The notes: generated by a model not told the origin, from the sequence alone. A DNA stretch of 64,000 bases from Paenibacillaceae bacterium (GCA_015057705.1 SVDU01000016.1:849-64848), one strand, 5' to 3'. Shown: positions 29,311-40,408, counted from the first letter of the stretch. Numbers and translations: made by a program.

Positions 29311-30630
29311 TTAAATTTTAACTTTAAAGAGTTGAGGTTCTATTATATCCGTGGTTATCGCATCCAGAGCTACCCCTACTCTGTGATAGCGAAGCTTAAA
29401 CTGTTCTTCTTTCGAAGTAGCAGGATCTCCCAGCGGATATGGAATGGAAATGGTTGGGACCAGTCTGTTAACTCCAACCGTTTTAGCTACTGGAATCAGG
29501 TTTGCCATTTGAACAATGGTGATTCCTTCTCTTTCAATTTCTCTTGTCATCGTTGCACCGCAACGTGTACAGGTCCCTCATGTGGAGGTCAGAATTGCAG
29601 CTCTGATCCCATCCTTTTTCAATTCTCTTGCAATTTCTTTTCCCATTCTCGCAGCTTCGGCCTGAGTTGTACCCGTACCAACGGTTGAAAAGAAATACTT
29701 ATATACTCCGCCTATTTTTCCCTCTTTCTGGTACCGTCTCATTGCATCCAGAGGAACAATAACATCAGAATCATTATTTGCTGCAGCCGGATCAAATCCA
29801 GCATGAATGGTCATATATTCTCCTTTTACAAGGTCATCCGTTCCGGAAATATCATATTTCCCCCACTTAGTCGCCGAAGCTGACTGAATGCGGTCGGGAT
29901 TTCCTACCGGAACAATTCCTCCGGAGGTGATAAGAGCAACCTCCATATGACTAAGATCTTCCGGAGTGATAGATGGAGCAATGGCCACTCTGTCTGACTT
30001 GGGTATAGGAAGCTCTGTATTAAATGGCTCTCCATTGATTTTCTTTAAAAGCATATCAATTACCCGGTCTGCTGCCGTTACAGGAGGATCCAGCCAGATC
30101 TGATCCCGCATTCCTCTTCCAAAGTAACCCTCTTCTGATGCAGGAAGCAGTTTTTCTCCCTTTAACAGCTTAAGTGCAAACTTTGACATGGCTTTTATGT
30201 CTTTTTTCATGGCCGCCGCACTGGCACCGCCTTTGAATATGTACATTTCCTTTTTAAACATTTCAACCCCGGGGTTTTCATCGTTCATGGAAGTGAGTAC
30301 CGGAACACCGAACTCCTTTTTTACAGCTTTGCAGATATGACCGCAGGCTGCTCCGTAACGTCCCGCACGGAACGCTGGTCCGGCAAAAAAGACATCCATT
30401 TCTTTCCCCTTTAACATGGAAATGATGGTCTCTACCGCTTCTTCCGTGTTTGAGCCTATAAAGTTATCGCCGCAGATGATGGTATGTGTAATCTGAACTT
30501 CATCTCCCAATTCCTGCTGCAGCGCCATCGCCGGTCCTACAAGACCCTCTCTGATTTCCGGTTTAAAATCAGCCAATTCTTCCCCGCCGATCTGACCAAA
30601 AAACTGATTCAAGTATAAAATACCTTTCAT
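29311..30630 (-). CDS. grdH: Betaine reductase selenoprotein B subunit (439 aa, Sec351)
   Basis: Track ORFs 29578-30630 and 29311-29550 are one frame joined by TGA at 29578-29580: ILTST-U-GTCTRCGATM; RIQSASATKWG; hairpin CGTTGC-GGT-GCAACG 12 nt after UGA. Betaine specificity inferred from sequence type and the adjacent BCCT. Confidence 0.85.
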
Positions 30631-30643
30631 ATCGTCCCTCCTT

Positions 30644-31969
30644 CTAGAATTCTACCATTCTCTTAACTGACCATCCTACCACCTGGTCTCCGCAGAACAT
30701 GGCGTTGTTTTCCATGATGATTGAGCCATCCTCTTTTACGGAAGCTCCCAGAATTTCGTCATTGGACCAGCCTCCGGAAAGACCGTCTCTTGCAAGTGCC
30801 TCCAGTTCTCCAAGAACTGTTTCCATTTTAGGAAGCCGGATCAGCGTTGATACGTTTCCGCAGGATACGATGGCATCTTCTTTCTCATCCAGGGAAACCA
30901 GGGGCTGGCTGGCACCGTCTCTTCCCGTACATTCATTTGTAAGTCCTACCGTCTTAATACCGGCATTTTCCAGGGCAACAATACAGCCTGTAAAGTCCGC
31001 ATCCGGATTACCATATCCTTCTTCGGCAACAACAGCAGAGTCAGCTCCCAGGCTTTTGGCCATCTGTGCCACAAATAACGCAGCTCTCTCTTTCTGCTCC
31101 AAAGCAACGTTTAAGTTGGACATAATAACGCCAAGGAAATTAATGGTCTTTCCATGTTCTTTGTAAAGCCTCCGAATCATAGGAAGGTTCTGGAAATCAT
31201 AGGTGGACCATTTGGAAGAGCATGGCATAAAGGATCCGCTGATCATTGCCCCGTCCAGTACCTCATTGGGATGCATAAAGGTAGGAAGCATCCGGTTTGT
31301 ATCCCAGCCATAATTTAAATCATTATAGCCTCCTTCTTCCATCTGGGACTGAGGCTGAAGCACCAGAACCACACTTGGAAGCTCATTTATTTCCTTGCTT
31401 CTTTTTGTAACTGGTTCCAGTTCAAAGGTTTCCACCTCATCCGGTGTCAAGTCCTTTACTGCTGTACCGATGTACTCGGCGAGGCGCATGCCGGCCCATC
31501 TTAATGCCCTGTTTTTCTTCTGCTGCTCCTTCTGCTCAAAAATCTCATCTGTATCAGCGACCAGAACAAGGTTTTTTAGTTGTGAGTAGTAGGTGTATTT
31601 TGCACCCTCCCCGCTCATGTCAATCAGTCCATCCTGGAAACCGCCATAGTGTCTGCCTACAACCAGAACACTCATATCCTTCAGTGCATAGGTGGTTCCG
31701 TTTCCTGCCTGCATTAAATCTCCCGTCACTCCGGGAAATACAGGACCTCCCCCTACGCGGTAACGGGGCTCTATGGCTTCCTTTACAGGAACAAGCCTGA
31801 CACGATCCCCAGGCGACACAATATAAAGTTCTGCTTCCGTGATATGTTCGTCTTCTTTTACAACTGCAAGAGCTTCTTCCTTATTCACGGTGAGAAGCCC
31901 GTCTTTTAAAGAAGTCTTATTACCAAAGCAAATCTCTTTTACATAAAAATTACCCAATTCCAGCTTCAT
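30644..31969 (-). CDS. grdI: Betaine reductase component B proprotein (GrdE/GrdG/GrdI family)
   Basis: MKLELGNF, EEGYGNPDADF, NECTGRDGASQPL; SGSFMPCSSKW region. Confidence 0.8.
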   Translation of the reverse strand: MKLELGNFYVKEICFGNKTSLKDGLLTVNKEEALAVVKEDEHITEAELYIVSPGDRVRLVPVKEAIEPRYRVGGGPVFPGVTGDLMQAGNGTTYALKDMSVLVVGRHYGGFQDGLIDMSGEGAKYTYYSQLKNLVLVADTDEIFEQKEQQKKNRALRWAGMRLAEYIGTAVKDLTPDEVETFELEPVTKRSKEINELPSVVLVLQPQSQMEEGGYNDLNYGWDTNRMLPTFMHPNEVLDGAMISGSFMPCSSKWSTYDFQNLPMIRRLYKEHGKTINFLGVIMSNLNVALEQKERAALFVAQMAKSLGADSAVVAEEGYGNPDADFTGCIVALENAGIKTVGLTNECTGRDGASQPLVSLDEKEDAIVSCGNVSTLIRLPKMETVLGELEALARDGLSGGWSNDEILGASVKEDGSIIMENNAMFCGDQVVGWSVKRMVEF

Positions 31970-33369
31970 TCCATATCTCCTTTCAAATTAATTATTTTGT
32001 TTAAAAATTCTGCTGCTTCGAAAAGGTCTTCCTCGCTCATGGTTCTTACATCAAGCAATACTTTATTTTTGCAGATTCTTGATATAATGGGCACGGAGTT
32101 ATTTCTTAGCATTCGCTCCAGCATATCTGCCGAAATATGTTCCATGGTGATACTTACTGCATAAGAAGAAAGATTTACTCCCGGCATGGACCCTCCGCCG
32201 ATCTGTCCGGTGGTTTCTGTTACTTCATATTGTGCATCTGGCCTTTTTACCAGCAGACCATGTAATAACTCTGCTTTTTTCTTTAGGTTTTCCAGAGGCT
32301 CCGTGATCATTTTAAGAGTTGGGATCTGGGAAACTGCCGTCTCAGGAGTCAGATATTGCCTGAGAGTAAATTCAAGTGCCGTTAAGGTCAGTTTGTCAAT
32401 CCGCAGCGCCCTGAGCAGATGATTTTTCTTCATCCTGTTTATATACTCCGCTTTGCCTACAATGATACCGGCCTGAGGTCCGCCAAGCAGCTTATCTCCG
32501 CTGAAGCATACGATATCCGCTCTTTGTTCCAGACAGCTTCTGACTGTGGGTTCATCCCCAATTCCATATGCTTTAAGGTCCACCAGCAATCCGGATCCCA
32601 GATCATATATTAAGGGCAGACCATGTTTTTCACCAACCGCTTTCATCTGCTCCAGAGAGACCTCATCTGTAAAGCCAATAATCTTATAATTGCTGGTATG
32701 GACTTTTAATAAGGCCCCGGTATTCTCATTGATGTTCTCTTCATAATCTGATTTATGGGTTTTGTTTGTGGTTCCCACTTCAACCAGCCTGCATCCGCTG
32801 GCCGTCATGATTTCCGGAACGCGGAATGCGCCTCCAATCTCCACCAGCTCTCCTCTTGAAACGATAACCTCTTTCCCCTTGGCCACCGAGTTTAACACCA
32901 GATACACGGCTGCCGCATTGTTATTGACTACCAGCGCCGCTTCAGAACCGGTTAAAAAAGTAAGCAGCTGCTCTACATGTTCATACCTGGTTCCTCGTTC
33001 CCCTGTCTCCAGATCATACTCTAAATTGGAATAGGAGGCGCAGATTTCCTTCATGTTTTCCGAGACCATTTGGGAGAGTCTGGCTCTTCCCAGGTTCGTG
33101 TGCAGAACAACACCAGTTCCATTGATTACTTTTCGCAGATGGGGCTGGTTTTGCTTTTCAATTTCCGCTTTGATACGCCTGATTAAATCTTCCCTGGAGT
33201 ACTGATATGGACTGCCGGATAAAATTTTCTGTCTTTCCAGTTCAATTTCTTTTTGGCAGGCAAGCTTTACCAGAACCGCGGGTACATTGGTTATACCTTC
33301 TGATGCAATGCATCGTATCATCTCATCCACTTTTGGCAGCTGCCTCATAGAACTGTTTTTATCTGTCAT
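31966..33369 (-). CDS. selA: L-seryl-tRNA(Sec) selenium transferase
   Basis: VINGTGVVLHTNLGRA, VVNNNAAA, SRGELVEIGGAFR, FSGDKLLGGPQAG. Confidence 0.95.
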   Translation of the reverse strand: MTDKNSSMRQLPKVDEMIRCIASEGITNVPAVLVKLACQKEIELERQKILSGSPYQYSREDLIRRIKAEIEKQNQPHLRKVINGTGVVLHTNLGRARLSQMVSENMKEICASYSNLEYDLETGERGTRYEHVEQLLTFLTGSEAALVVNNNAAAVYLVLNSVAKGKEVIVSRGELVEIGGAFRVPEIMTASGCRLVEVGTTNKTHKSDYEENINENTGALLKVHTSNYKIIGFTDEVSLEQMKAVGEKHGLPLIYDLGSGLLVDLKAYGIGDEPTVRSCLEQRADIVCFSGDKLLGGPQAGIIVGKAEYINRMKKNHLLRALRIDKLTLTALEFTLRQYLTPETAVSQIPTLKMITEPLENLKKKAELLHGLLVKRPDAQYEVTETTGQIGGGSMPGVNLSSYAVSITMEHISADMLERMLRNNSVPIISRICKNKVLLDVRTMSEEDLFEAAEFLNKIINLKGDME

Positions 33370-33423
33370 CTTTTCATTCCTCACTATGTAGATTCAATCG
33401 TTCAAAGCGGTCTTATAACCGTG

Positions 33424-34584
33424 TCAGCCAATGAACTTCTTATCAGTAAGAATTTCCCTGGCCTTTTTTAAATTATGTTCCGCTATAAGGACTACCGGAC
33501 CTGTACAGCCCATTCCGCTCTCGGCATAAATACCCGCCCCCCATAAGCAGGAAACCGCTTCCTCCAGATCCATGATTTCAATCCCAAGGATTTCTTCCGT
33601 CACCACTTCCTTAGGGGGAGCTTTTACTTCCTCTGCTGACTCTGAATTTTTACTTTGCCTGCATTCATTCAGGATCTGCTCCAGACCGGCCTTCTTTGCC
33701 TTTGCAAATTCATCGGCAAGAACCTTCTGATAATCACCGTCAAGCAGTTCCTTTGCAAATTCCAGGGCTCCTGTGATGAGAGGAATTCCAGACGCCCTTG
33801 AGACGATCAGGATCAGCTTTTCAAACCCTTCTCCGATTCCAGGACCATATCCAAAACCAACCGATTCATAATTGCCTCCAGTGGTATAAGCAGAAAACAT
33901 CTTGGTCAGAACATTACCGGTCAGGGAATCCATAACCATCACATCAGCAGAGGCTGTCAGAAGGTCGTTGCCCCTCATGACAATTCCTCCATCTGCCCTG
34001 TTGGACGAAGCAAATTGAATGTCATAACCATTTTTTTTCAGCTTTTGCAGTGCGATCTCTGTCTGCCGTGCTCCGTCAACATTCAAAATGCCTACCGTGG
34101 GGTTTGCCACTCCGCAGGCTTTTGCAGTAATGATTCCGTAGATGGCGTTCTTTATCATGCTTTCAATCCTGTTTACGGATGAGGTTCCTGTAGTAGAAGC
34201 AAGATACATCTTTTTCCCGGCTGCCGGAGTAATGACACGTCCCACCGTAGAGACTCCGATGGGAAAAGGATAGTGCATGGTCACCGCCGCATAAGCTTCT
34301 TTTTTCTGGAGCATATCATCCATCTTTTTATGCCCCTCTTCTTCCGACGCGACCGGTATGACCTCAAGATTCTCCGCTTCCAGCTTCCGACTTCCAATCA
34401 CCTTTACAGATATTCCTTTTTTTGCTGCCTCATAAGCTGCCTGATAAATGGTCTCTTCTCCATGCTCACTTCCCATTGCAGTTATGGCGATGGGCATTTC
34501 CCTGCCGGATTGACCAGTCTCAAGCATATGAGCCATTTCAAAAAAGGTCTCTGCAATTAACTGTTTCATCTTACCTTCAGACAT
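33424..34584 (-). CDS. grdD: Reductase complex component C subunit alpha (PlsX-like)
   Basis: VTMHYPFPIGVSTVGRV, ESGMGCTGP. Confidence 0.92.
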   Translation of the reverse strand: MSEGKMKQLIAETFFEMAHMLETGQSGREMPIAITAMGSEHGEETIYQAAYEAAKKGISVKVIGSRKLEAENLEVIPVASEEEGHKKMDDMLQKKEAYAAVTMHYPFPIGVSTVGRVITPAAGKKMYLASTTGTSSVNRIESMIKNAIYGIITAKACGVANPTVGILNVDGARQTEIALQKLKKNGYDIQFASSNRADGGIVMRGNDLLTASADVMVMDSLTGNVLTKMFSAYTTGGNYESVGFGYGPGIGEGFEKLILIVSRASGIPLITGALEFAKELLDGDYQKVLADEFAKAKKAGLEQILNECRQSKNSESAEEVKAPPKEVVTEEILGIEIMDLEEAVSCLWGAGIYAESGMGCTGPVVLIAEHNLKKAREILTDKKFIG

Positions 34585-34588
34585 ATGA

Positions 34589-36127
34589 TCACCCCTCGTC
34601 TTCCTGAAGATGTTTTGCAAAATCCTTTAAAGATGCGGCAATCAGTTTCCTGATTTTGTCCTCAGACACCGTTTCCTCCTGTCCTGCACCGCTGTTTTGC
34701 TGAAGAACAAAGGATACTCCATCAAACAGATTGGTCATTCTTCCAAGAAACAGACTTCCTTTTCCAATCACCATGACTCTGTTGATTTTTTTATCCATCA
34801 ATTTCTGTCTGGCAAAGCCAAGATAAGGAACTCCGGAAGGGATATGTCCCTGCGTAGGGGCCCAGCCCACCATGCCATGTTCCGATACAAAATCAGCCAG
34901 CTGGGATTTCTCTATCTCTTTGCGCATGGCGGCAAGGGCTCCTATCATCTTATAATTAGCCTCAGGTACATTGCCGGCGCCTGCTGGCTTCGTTATATCC
35001 GGATTCTGCATTTCTACCGTATACTTATCAATATCGGTCAGCTTCAGCCCTGCCTTTTCAAGAGCTGATGCCGTCAGCGAAGAAATCACGTTCTGAGGAG
35101 AAGACCCGGTTCCTACTGTATGCCTGCCCACGATATCGGTATTGATCTCCGGGCTGACTCCGTCATTTGCGCTGACGAGAATGGCAAAACCGGCCACACA
35201 ATCCTCCAGTATGGGAATCCCTTTGCCTACATGATCCTTTCCGTTCATACCAAGCTTTGCGGTAGATCCTCCGGCAGCAACGATAACATGCTTAAATGTT
35301 CCTGCCTTCACCATAGCAGCCGCATGAATCAGGGCATGGGTCGGACCGGCACAGAAGCCTCTTATATCGCTGCCTGTGGCGTTGACTAGACCTGCGATTT
35401 CTGCTGCTGCTTTCGCAAAGTTTCCTCCGCCTCTCTGATTCATATCGCCGCAAGCCTCTTCCGAACACTCGATCACATATTCAATGTCTTCTTTCCTGAT
35501 ATGATTCTTATCAATTAAATGTAACAATGACAGAACACAGGAAGCCTTTGAAACAAGGTTTTCAAAAATGACATGGGCAGAAAGAGAATGGTCAATATCA
35601 TGTGCCGCTTTGATGCAGCCGACAATCATTCCTCCGTAATACAAAGGCTCTGCATGTTCGTCTGCGATGAAACCGTTAATTTCTGACAACTCAAAGTTTT
35701 TATCAAAGACACTTAAAAACTTTGGATCTATAAGACTGTGAGATTCTAATTTTTTCTTCACGGAAACAGCAAATTGTGATTCTAATTTTACAAGATCAAA
35801 TACATCACAAATTGCAATCAACCCGATAAATTCATCTTCCGGCATGATTTCTCCAAATCTGCCTTCTCTTTGTATGTAATCGGATTTCTGCTGATACCAT
35901 GGCTGTGCATAGCCAGCCAGCTCATCAGGTGTAATGTTTCCAATGTAAGTCTGATTTGGCAGATATGCTTTACATTCATCATAAGACCGCAGACTCTTAT
36001 CCAGATTTTTTAAATATTCAGAATCAGGATCAATGGTTCGCTGAGTTGTCTGTGTTGTACCATTATGAATTACCATATCTGGCGTATGAGCGAGTATGTA
36101 ACTTGCTCCTTTTAAGACGCTGTACAT
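34589..36127 (-). CDS. grdC: Reductase complex component C subunit beta
   Basis: HTPDM, ECSEEACGDMNQRGGGNFAKA, GFCAGP. Confidence 0.93.
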   Translation of the reverse strand: MYSVLKGASYILAHTPDMVIHNGTTQTTQRTIDPDSEYLKNLDKSLRSYDECKAYLPNQTYIGNITPDELAGYAQPWYQQKSDYIQREGRFGEIMPEDEFIGLIAICDVFDLVKLESQFAVSVKKKLESHSLIDPKFLSVFDKNFELSEINGFIADEHAEPLYYGGMIVGCIKAAHDIDHSLSAHVIFENLVSKASCVLSLLHLIDKNHIRKEDIEYVIECSEEACGDMNQRGGGNFAKAAAEIAGLVNATGSDIRGFCAGPTHALIHAAAMVKAGTFKHVIVAAGGSTAKLGMNGKDHVGKGIPILEDCVAGFAILVSANDGVSPEINTDIVGRHTVGTGSSPQNVISSLTASALEKAGLKLTDIDKYTVEMQNPDITKPAGAGNVPEANYKMIGALAAMRKEIEKSQLADFVSEHGMVGWAPTQGHIPSGVPYLGFARQKLMDKKINRVMVIGKGSLFLGRMTNLFDGVSFVLQQNSGAGQEETVSEDKIRKLIAASLKDFAKHLQEDEG

Positions 36128-36218
36128 AGTTTGCCTCCTATAATAAATCAATTCCTGCAAAATGTGATGCCATATACCATTCGCATTTCACAAGAATTGA
36201 TTTGTGAAGGGATGATTA

Positions 36219-36683
36219 TTAAAATTTACAATATTCGTCCCTTATTGTTGACATCTCTTTTCGGATATCATCGACATCCAATACCATTTCCATCATACTG
36301 ATCTGCTCGTCGTAGACAGCGCTATCCACTTCATCTTTGATTTCCGGCTCACAGGCATGGTATACTTTTAGTCCCAACTGGACTCCTGCCAAAGGTCCTG
36401 CAAAAGTAGGGTCTCCTGCCGTAACAGTTTCAGCAGCAAGGCCGGCAGCCTCACCTTCTGCGGCTCCTAAAATAACAATAATATTTTCAGGGCCGTACTG
36501 TTCCGCCAATGCTTTTACCCTCTTCTGATTTTCCAGGTCCATGGCACCCGCAGCCGTTCAGACAAAGCATTCTGTTGACGAGAATACTACTTCTGCACCG
36601 GCCGTTTTAACACACTGCTCAATTGCAGGTCCCGGAATGCCGTCTCTGTCACCGATAATGATTGCTTTTTTGTCTTTAAGCAT
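36219..36683 (-). CDS. grdA: Reductase complex selenoprotein A (154 aa, Sec42)
   Basis: Hand translation [51 protein letters not shown]; TGA at 36558-36560; the track shows only the part after UGA. Confidence 0.95.
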
Positions 36684-36783
36684 ATTAATTTCCTCCTTAT
36701 TCATATATTTATAACGTGCGCCAGCAGGATAAAGGATTTACACTGCAGGCTGAAACATAACTTTCCACGTTATGTACTGGGTT

Positions 36784-37107
36784 TTACTCAAATGCATATT
36801 TCTTTATCATTTCTTCAATTCTTTCAGGTGTTGCATCATCTTTTACTAATTCTTCTATTTTTTCCCCGTCTTTATAGATTGCCATAACAGGTAATCCAAG
36901 AATTTTCTGAGAAATAGCAAGCCTTCTGGCTTTTGTGGTATTCAGTTTTGTAAATTTGATTTTATCGCTGTATTTTTCAGCAAATTTTTCAACATGAGGG
37001 AGCAGAGCCTGGCAGGGCACACACCCGTCCCCAAAAAAGTCCACAAATACAATTCCTTCTGCCTTCAGTACTTCTGGTTCAAACGTATCTTTATCCACAA
37101 TTAACAT
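36784..37107 (-). CDS. trxA: Thioredoxin (clostridial GCVPC type)
   Basis: [11 protein letters not shown] active site. Confidence 0.92.
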   Translation of the reverse strand: MLIVDKDTFEPEVLKAEGIVFVDFFGDGCVPCQALLPHVEKFAEKYSDKIKFTKLNTTKARRLAISQKILGLPVMAIYKDGEKIEELVKDDATPERIEEMIKKYAFE

Positions 37108-37108
37108 T

Positions 37109-38050
37109 CTAATTCCCTCCTTCATTTTCTATATATTTCTCTGCCATGACAGCCGCGATGGCTCCATCTGCACAGGCAGTGACAACCTGTCTTAAACTCT
37201 TAATTCTGATATCCCCGGCAGCAAAGACGCCCGGTATATTTGTTTCCATATTTTCATTTGTTCTGATATAACCGTATTCCATATCCAGACTGCCCTCAAA
37301 ACATTTTGACTGGGGCAGATATCCGATAAAACCAAAGATTCCGAATGTTCCATCTTCTTCATCGGCAACAATATCCGTTACTTCCCCAGTCTTTACGTTT
37401 TCCACCGACATACTCTGGACCATTCCATCTCCTTTTATTTCTTTCACTACAGAGTCCCACATGAAATCTACTTTCGGATTATTAAATGCTTTTTCCTGAA
37501 TGGATTTTGCGGCACGAAGCTCATCTCTTCTATGGATAATGGTAACCTTTCGGCCAAATTTTGTCAGATAAAGAGCCTCTTCAACAGCAGTATCTCCGCC
37601 TCCGACTACAAAAATTTCAAAATCCTCAAAGAAGTTTCCGTCACAGGTTGCACAATAGGACACTCCTTTTCCGATTAATTCTCTTTCCCCCGGACAACCG
37701 ATCGGCTTAGGATATGCGCCGGTGGCAATGATTACCGTTTTAGCGTGGTACTCGTTCCTCTTTCCTTTCAATACCTTAACATCTCCGGAGAAATCCACCG
37801 ATTCAATGCAGTCAGACGTTCGTTCAATCCCAAATTTCTCTACCTGCTTTGTCATTCTTTCCACCAGAGTGCTGCCTGACTCCTCCGGAAGACATCCCGG
37901 ATAATTTTCAATCTCGGAAGTAATAACGATCTGTCCCCCATCCTTATCTTTTTCAATCAGCAGCGCATTCAGTCTGGCTCTCCCTGCATAAAGACCGGCA
38001 GACAGGCCGGCAGGTCCTCCACCAACAATTACAACATCATAAACTTTCAA
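37109..38050 (-). CDS. trxB: Thioredoxin reductase
   Basis: [29 protein letters not shown]. Confidence 0.95.
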   Translation of the reverse strand: MKVYDVVIVGGGPAGLSAGLYAGRARLNALLIEKDKDGGQIVITSEIENYPGCLPEESGSTLVERMTKQVEKFGIERTSDCIESVDFSGDVKVLKGKRNEYHAKTVIIATGAYPKPIGCPGERELIGKGVSYCATCDGNFFEDFEIFVVGGGDTAVEEALYLTKFGRKVTIIHRRDELRAAKSIQEKAFNNPKVDFMWDSVVKEIKGDGMVQSMSVENVKTGEVTDIVADEEDGTFGIFGFIGYLPQSKCFEGSLDMEYGYIRTNENMETNIPGVFAAGDIRIKSLRQVVTACADGAIAAVMAEKYIENEGGN

Positions 38051-38063
38051 AGCGCACCTCCAT

Positions 38064-39938
38064 TTATTTTTTAGTATTTAATACCCTGTCTTCTCCCTCA
38101 CGTCTGGTATATCGTTCCTGATCAAACCGTTCCAGAAGCATTAATGCAAACTTTCTGCTGGTTTCAATGGAATCCCTGAAATCCGGAAGCTTTATTATTC
38201 CCTTTTCAAAAAAGAGTCTTTCTGCCAATTCTTTGGCCTTTCTATACTGTGTTTCCGTCAGAATAAATTGTCCGGGGAATACAAAGAAATCACTCTGGAG
38301 CATAAATTCAAGTACCTGCTGCCTATCTTTCCTATTCTCCGTAAGCTCTACAGCTGTTAACATTGTATAGCCGCTTTCCATAACCCGTTTCTTTAATTCA
38401 TCTCTGATTTTCTTCTGGCCTTCTGTGAGGGCCGGTTCAAAATCACAACACGAAACCAGATTCTGTTCCAGCTTTACCTCGTTCTTTGCAGCCAGATATT
38501 TTAACATGGTCTCACACTGCTTCTTATTAGATATATCAAGCTTGTCCAGTAATTCTGCCTTAGGAATTCCTTTTCGCAATCGGTTATTTTTATGATAATC
38601 CCTTAAGACCGCCTCCACCATAAACCTGTAATGCGCCAGATATTCCATATGGATATACTGCTTTTCTATGAATAAAATAATTTCTTCCTCTTCCAGCTCT
38701 TTCAGTTCTTCTTCTTTTATGTCTTTATTTAAAAAAGCAGATATCATAGAAAAATCAGAAAATGGATTGTTTTTTATATATTCTTCTATAATATCCTTGT
38801 CAGAGGCTGAGTCCTTTATCCGAAGCGACCGCAGCCGTTCATCGGGATCATTTTTATATTTCAACGCTTTCGGATCTACGATGACTCCGCCGCCGATGGT
38901 TGTGACTGGAGAAATCGTTCTTAATACAAAACGGTCACCCTTCAAAACAGCTATTTCATGATCCAGCAGAATCTGGGCATAACCTTCATCCCCAGCCTTT
39001 ACTTTTTTATGGGTGATGGGTATAAATCTCGCCACTTCCTCTGACGCTCCGGTATATAACTTCAGCTTATAAAACTTACCGATTTCAAGCTTTGTGGATT
39101 TAACGATGGAAAACTTGACATCAATCCTGTCCGTTACGTATACACCGTCCCTTGCAGCAACTGTGTTTCCTCTCCTTAATTCATTCACCGTTATATTGGA
39201 TAAGTTGATCGCCGTTCTCTGTCCGGCGTATGCTAAATCCACGTTATGCTCATGAACCTGAAGATTCCGGACTTTCGTAAGAATTCCCTGAGGATAAACC
39301 ATCAGTTCATCTTCTGTTCTCAAGATACCTTCCATCAAAGTTCCGGTAACTACGGTTCCGTACCCTTTAACAGAAAAAACCCGGTCTATATTCATTCGGG
39401 GTTTTTTCGTGAAACTGCGTTCCCGGATATCTGAAGTCAGGATCTCAAGCTCGGATATTAACACATCAAAACCTGTCCTGCTGACAGAATCAACTTCCAC
39501 GATCTTAGTTCCTTCTAAAAAGGTACCCTTTATAAACGACCGGATATCTTCTATTACCAGCTCCTTAAAATCCTCCTCTACAAGATCGATCTTGGTAAGA
39601 ACAATCAGAAATTTTTGTATTCCCAGGTAACTGAGGATGTCGATATGCTCTCTAGTCTGGGGCATAATCCCTTCATTTGCCGCAATAATGATCATGGCAG
39701 CATCAATGCCCGTGGCGCCGGCCAGCATATTCTTAATAAACTTTTCGTGCCCTGGAACATCAACAATTCCAAGCGTACGTCCGTTAGGAAGCTGAAAGCC
39801 GGTAAATCCAAGATTAATTGAAATTCCTCTTTTCTTCTCTTCCGCAAGGGTATCCGTATCATGGCCTGTCAGCGCTTTCACCAATGCCGTTTTGCCATGA
39901 TCGATATGCCCTGCCGTCCCTACAACTATGCTGTCCAT
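38064..39938 (-). CDS. selB: Selenocysteine-specific elongation factor
   Basis: [23 protein letters not shown]; C-terminal winged-helix region ending [13 protein letters not shown]. Confidence 0.95.
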   Translation of the reverse strand: MDSIVVGTAGHIDHGKTALVKALTGHDTDTLAEEKKRGISINLGFTGFQLPNGRTLGIVDVPGHEKFIKNMLAGATGIDAAMIIIAANEGIMPQTREHIDILSYLGIQKFLIVLTKIDLVEEDFKELVIEDIRSFIKGTFLEGTKIVEVDSVSRTGFDVLISELEILTSDIRERSFTKKPRMNIDRVFSVKGYGTVVTGTLMEGILRTEDELMVYPQGILTKVRNLQVHEHNVDLAYAGQRTAINLSNITVNELRRGNTVAARDGVYVTDRIDVKFSIVKSTKLEIGKFYKLKLYTGASEEVARFIPITHKKVKAGDEGYAQILLDHEIAVLKGDRFVLRTISPVTTIGGGVIVDPKALKYKNDPDERLRSLRIKDSASDKDIIEEYIKNNPFSDFSMISAFLNKDIKEEELKELEEEEIILFIEKQYIHMEYLAHYRFMVEAVLRDYHKNNRLRKGIPKAELLDKLDISNKKQCETMLKYLAAKNEVKLEQNLVSCCDFEPALTEGQKKIRDELKKRVMESGYTMLTAVELTENRKDRQQVLEFMLQSDFFVFPGQFILTETQYRKAKELAERLFFEKGIIKLPDFRDSIETSRKFALMLLERFDQERYTRREGEDRVLNTKK

Positions 39939-40012
39939 TTATTCCTCCCCAAAAGGCGTATTGTTATTTTTTTAACTATACGGGCGCAATTTATGTAAAT
40001 GTAAATTATTTT

Positions 40013-40106
40013 TGGCGGAAGCATATGGGAATCGAACCCACCCACGACTATAAGCCGCAACACGGTTTTGAAGACCGGTAGGCACACCAGTTACCTCTCT
40101 GCTTCC
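40013..40106 (-). tRNA. selC: tRNA-Sec (anticodon UCA), 94 nt with encoded CCA
   Basis: GGAAGCAGAGAGGTAACTGGTGTGCCTACCGGTC-TTCAAA-ACCG...GGGTTCGATTCCCATATGCTTCCGCCA; long variable arm and extended acceptor stem. Confidence 0.95.
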
Positions 40107-40114
40107 ATTCATAT

Positions 40115-40172
40115 ATTGTAGATTGTCTACAATCTTCTTTTACATTATAACTATATTTTTGTACTATATCAA
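40115..40172 (-). promoter_or_regulatory. Sigma-A promoter of the selC-led operon with downstream palindrome
   Basis: TTGATA (40167-40172)-17 bp-TATAAT (40144-40149); ATTGTAGA-N3-TCTACAAT at 40115-40133. Confidence 0.75.
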
Positions 40173-40408
40173 CAAGGTATTTTTTATATTTCAAACTCAC
40201 TTTATTTAATTTTTTTATATTTTCTAAAAATTCATTTAAAAAACATACATATGATACAATTATCGCCAAACAGATGCAGCAGTTCTTTTAAAGTAGATAT
40301 CACATGCTGCATCAAAAATATAGTGACCGAATGGATGTTGTCTCCTCATTTATTCAGGCTTTGCTTGGTAATATTTATTGGGAAAGTTGAGTTACTTATA
40401 AATAAAAT

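Noticed and set aside
29311-29550. Separate 79-aa ORF and separate 107-aa ORF (36219-36542)
   Set aside because: C-terminal parts of grdH and grdA beyond Sec UGA codons.
40013-40106. tRNA-Sec as an integration site (attB/attL)
   Set aside because: No duplicated tRNA 3' end and no integrase seen in the window.
39818-40269. ORFs 39818-40081 (+) and 40048-40269 (-)
   Set aside because: They overlap selB, tRNA-Sec and its promoter; spurious.
40273-40313. 9-bp inverted repeat GATGCAGCA/TGCTGCATC
   Set aside because: Large loop, no U-tract and no associated gene; function unsupported.
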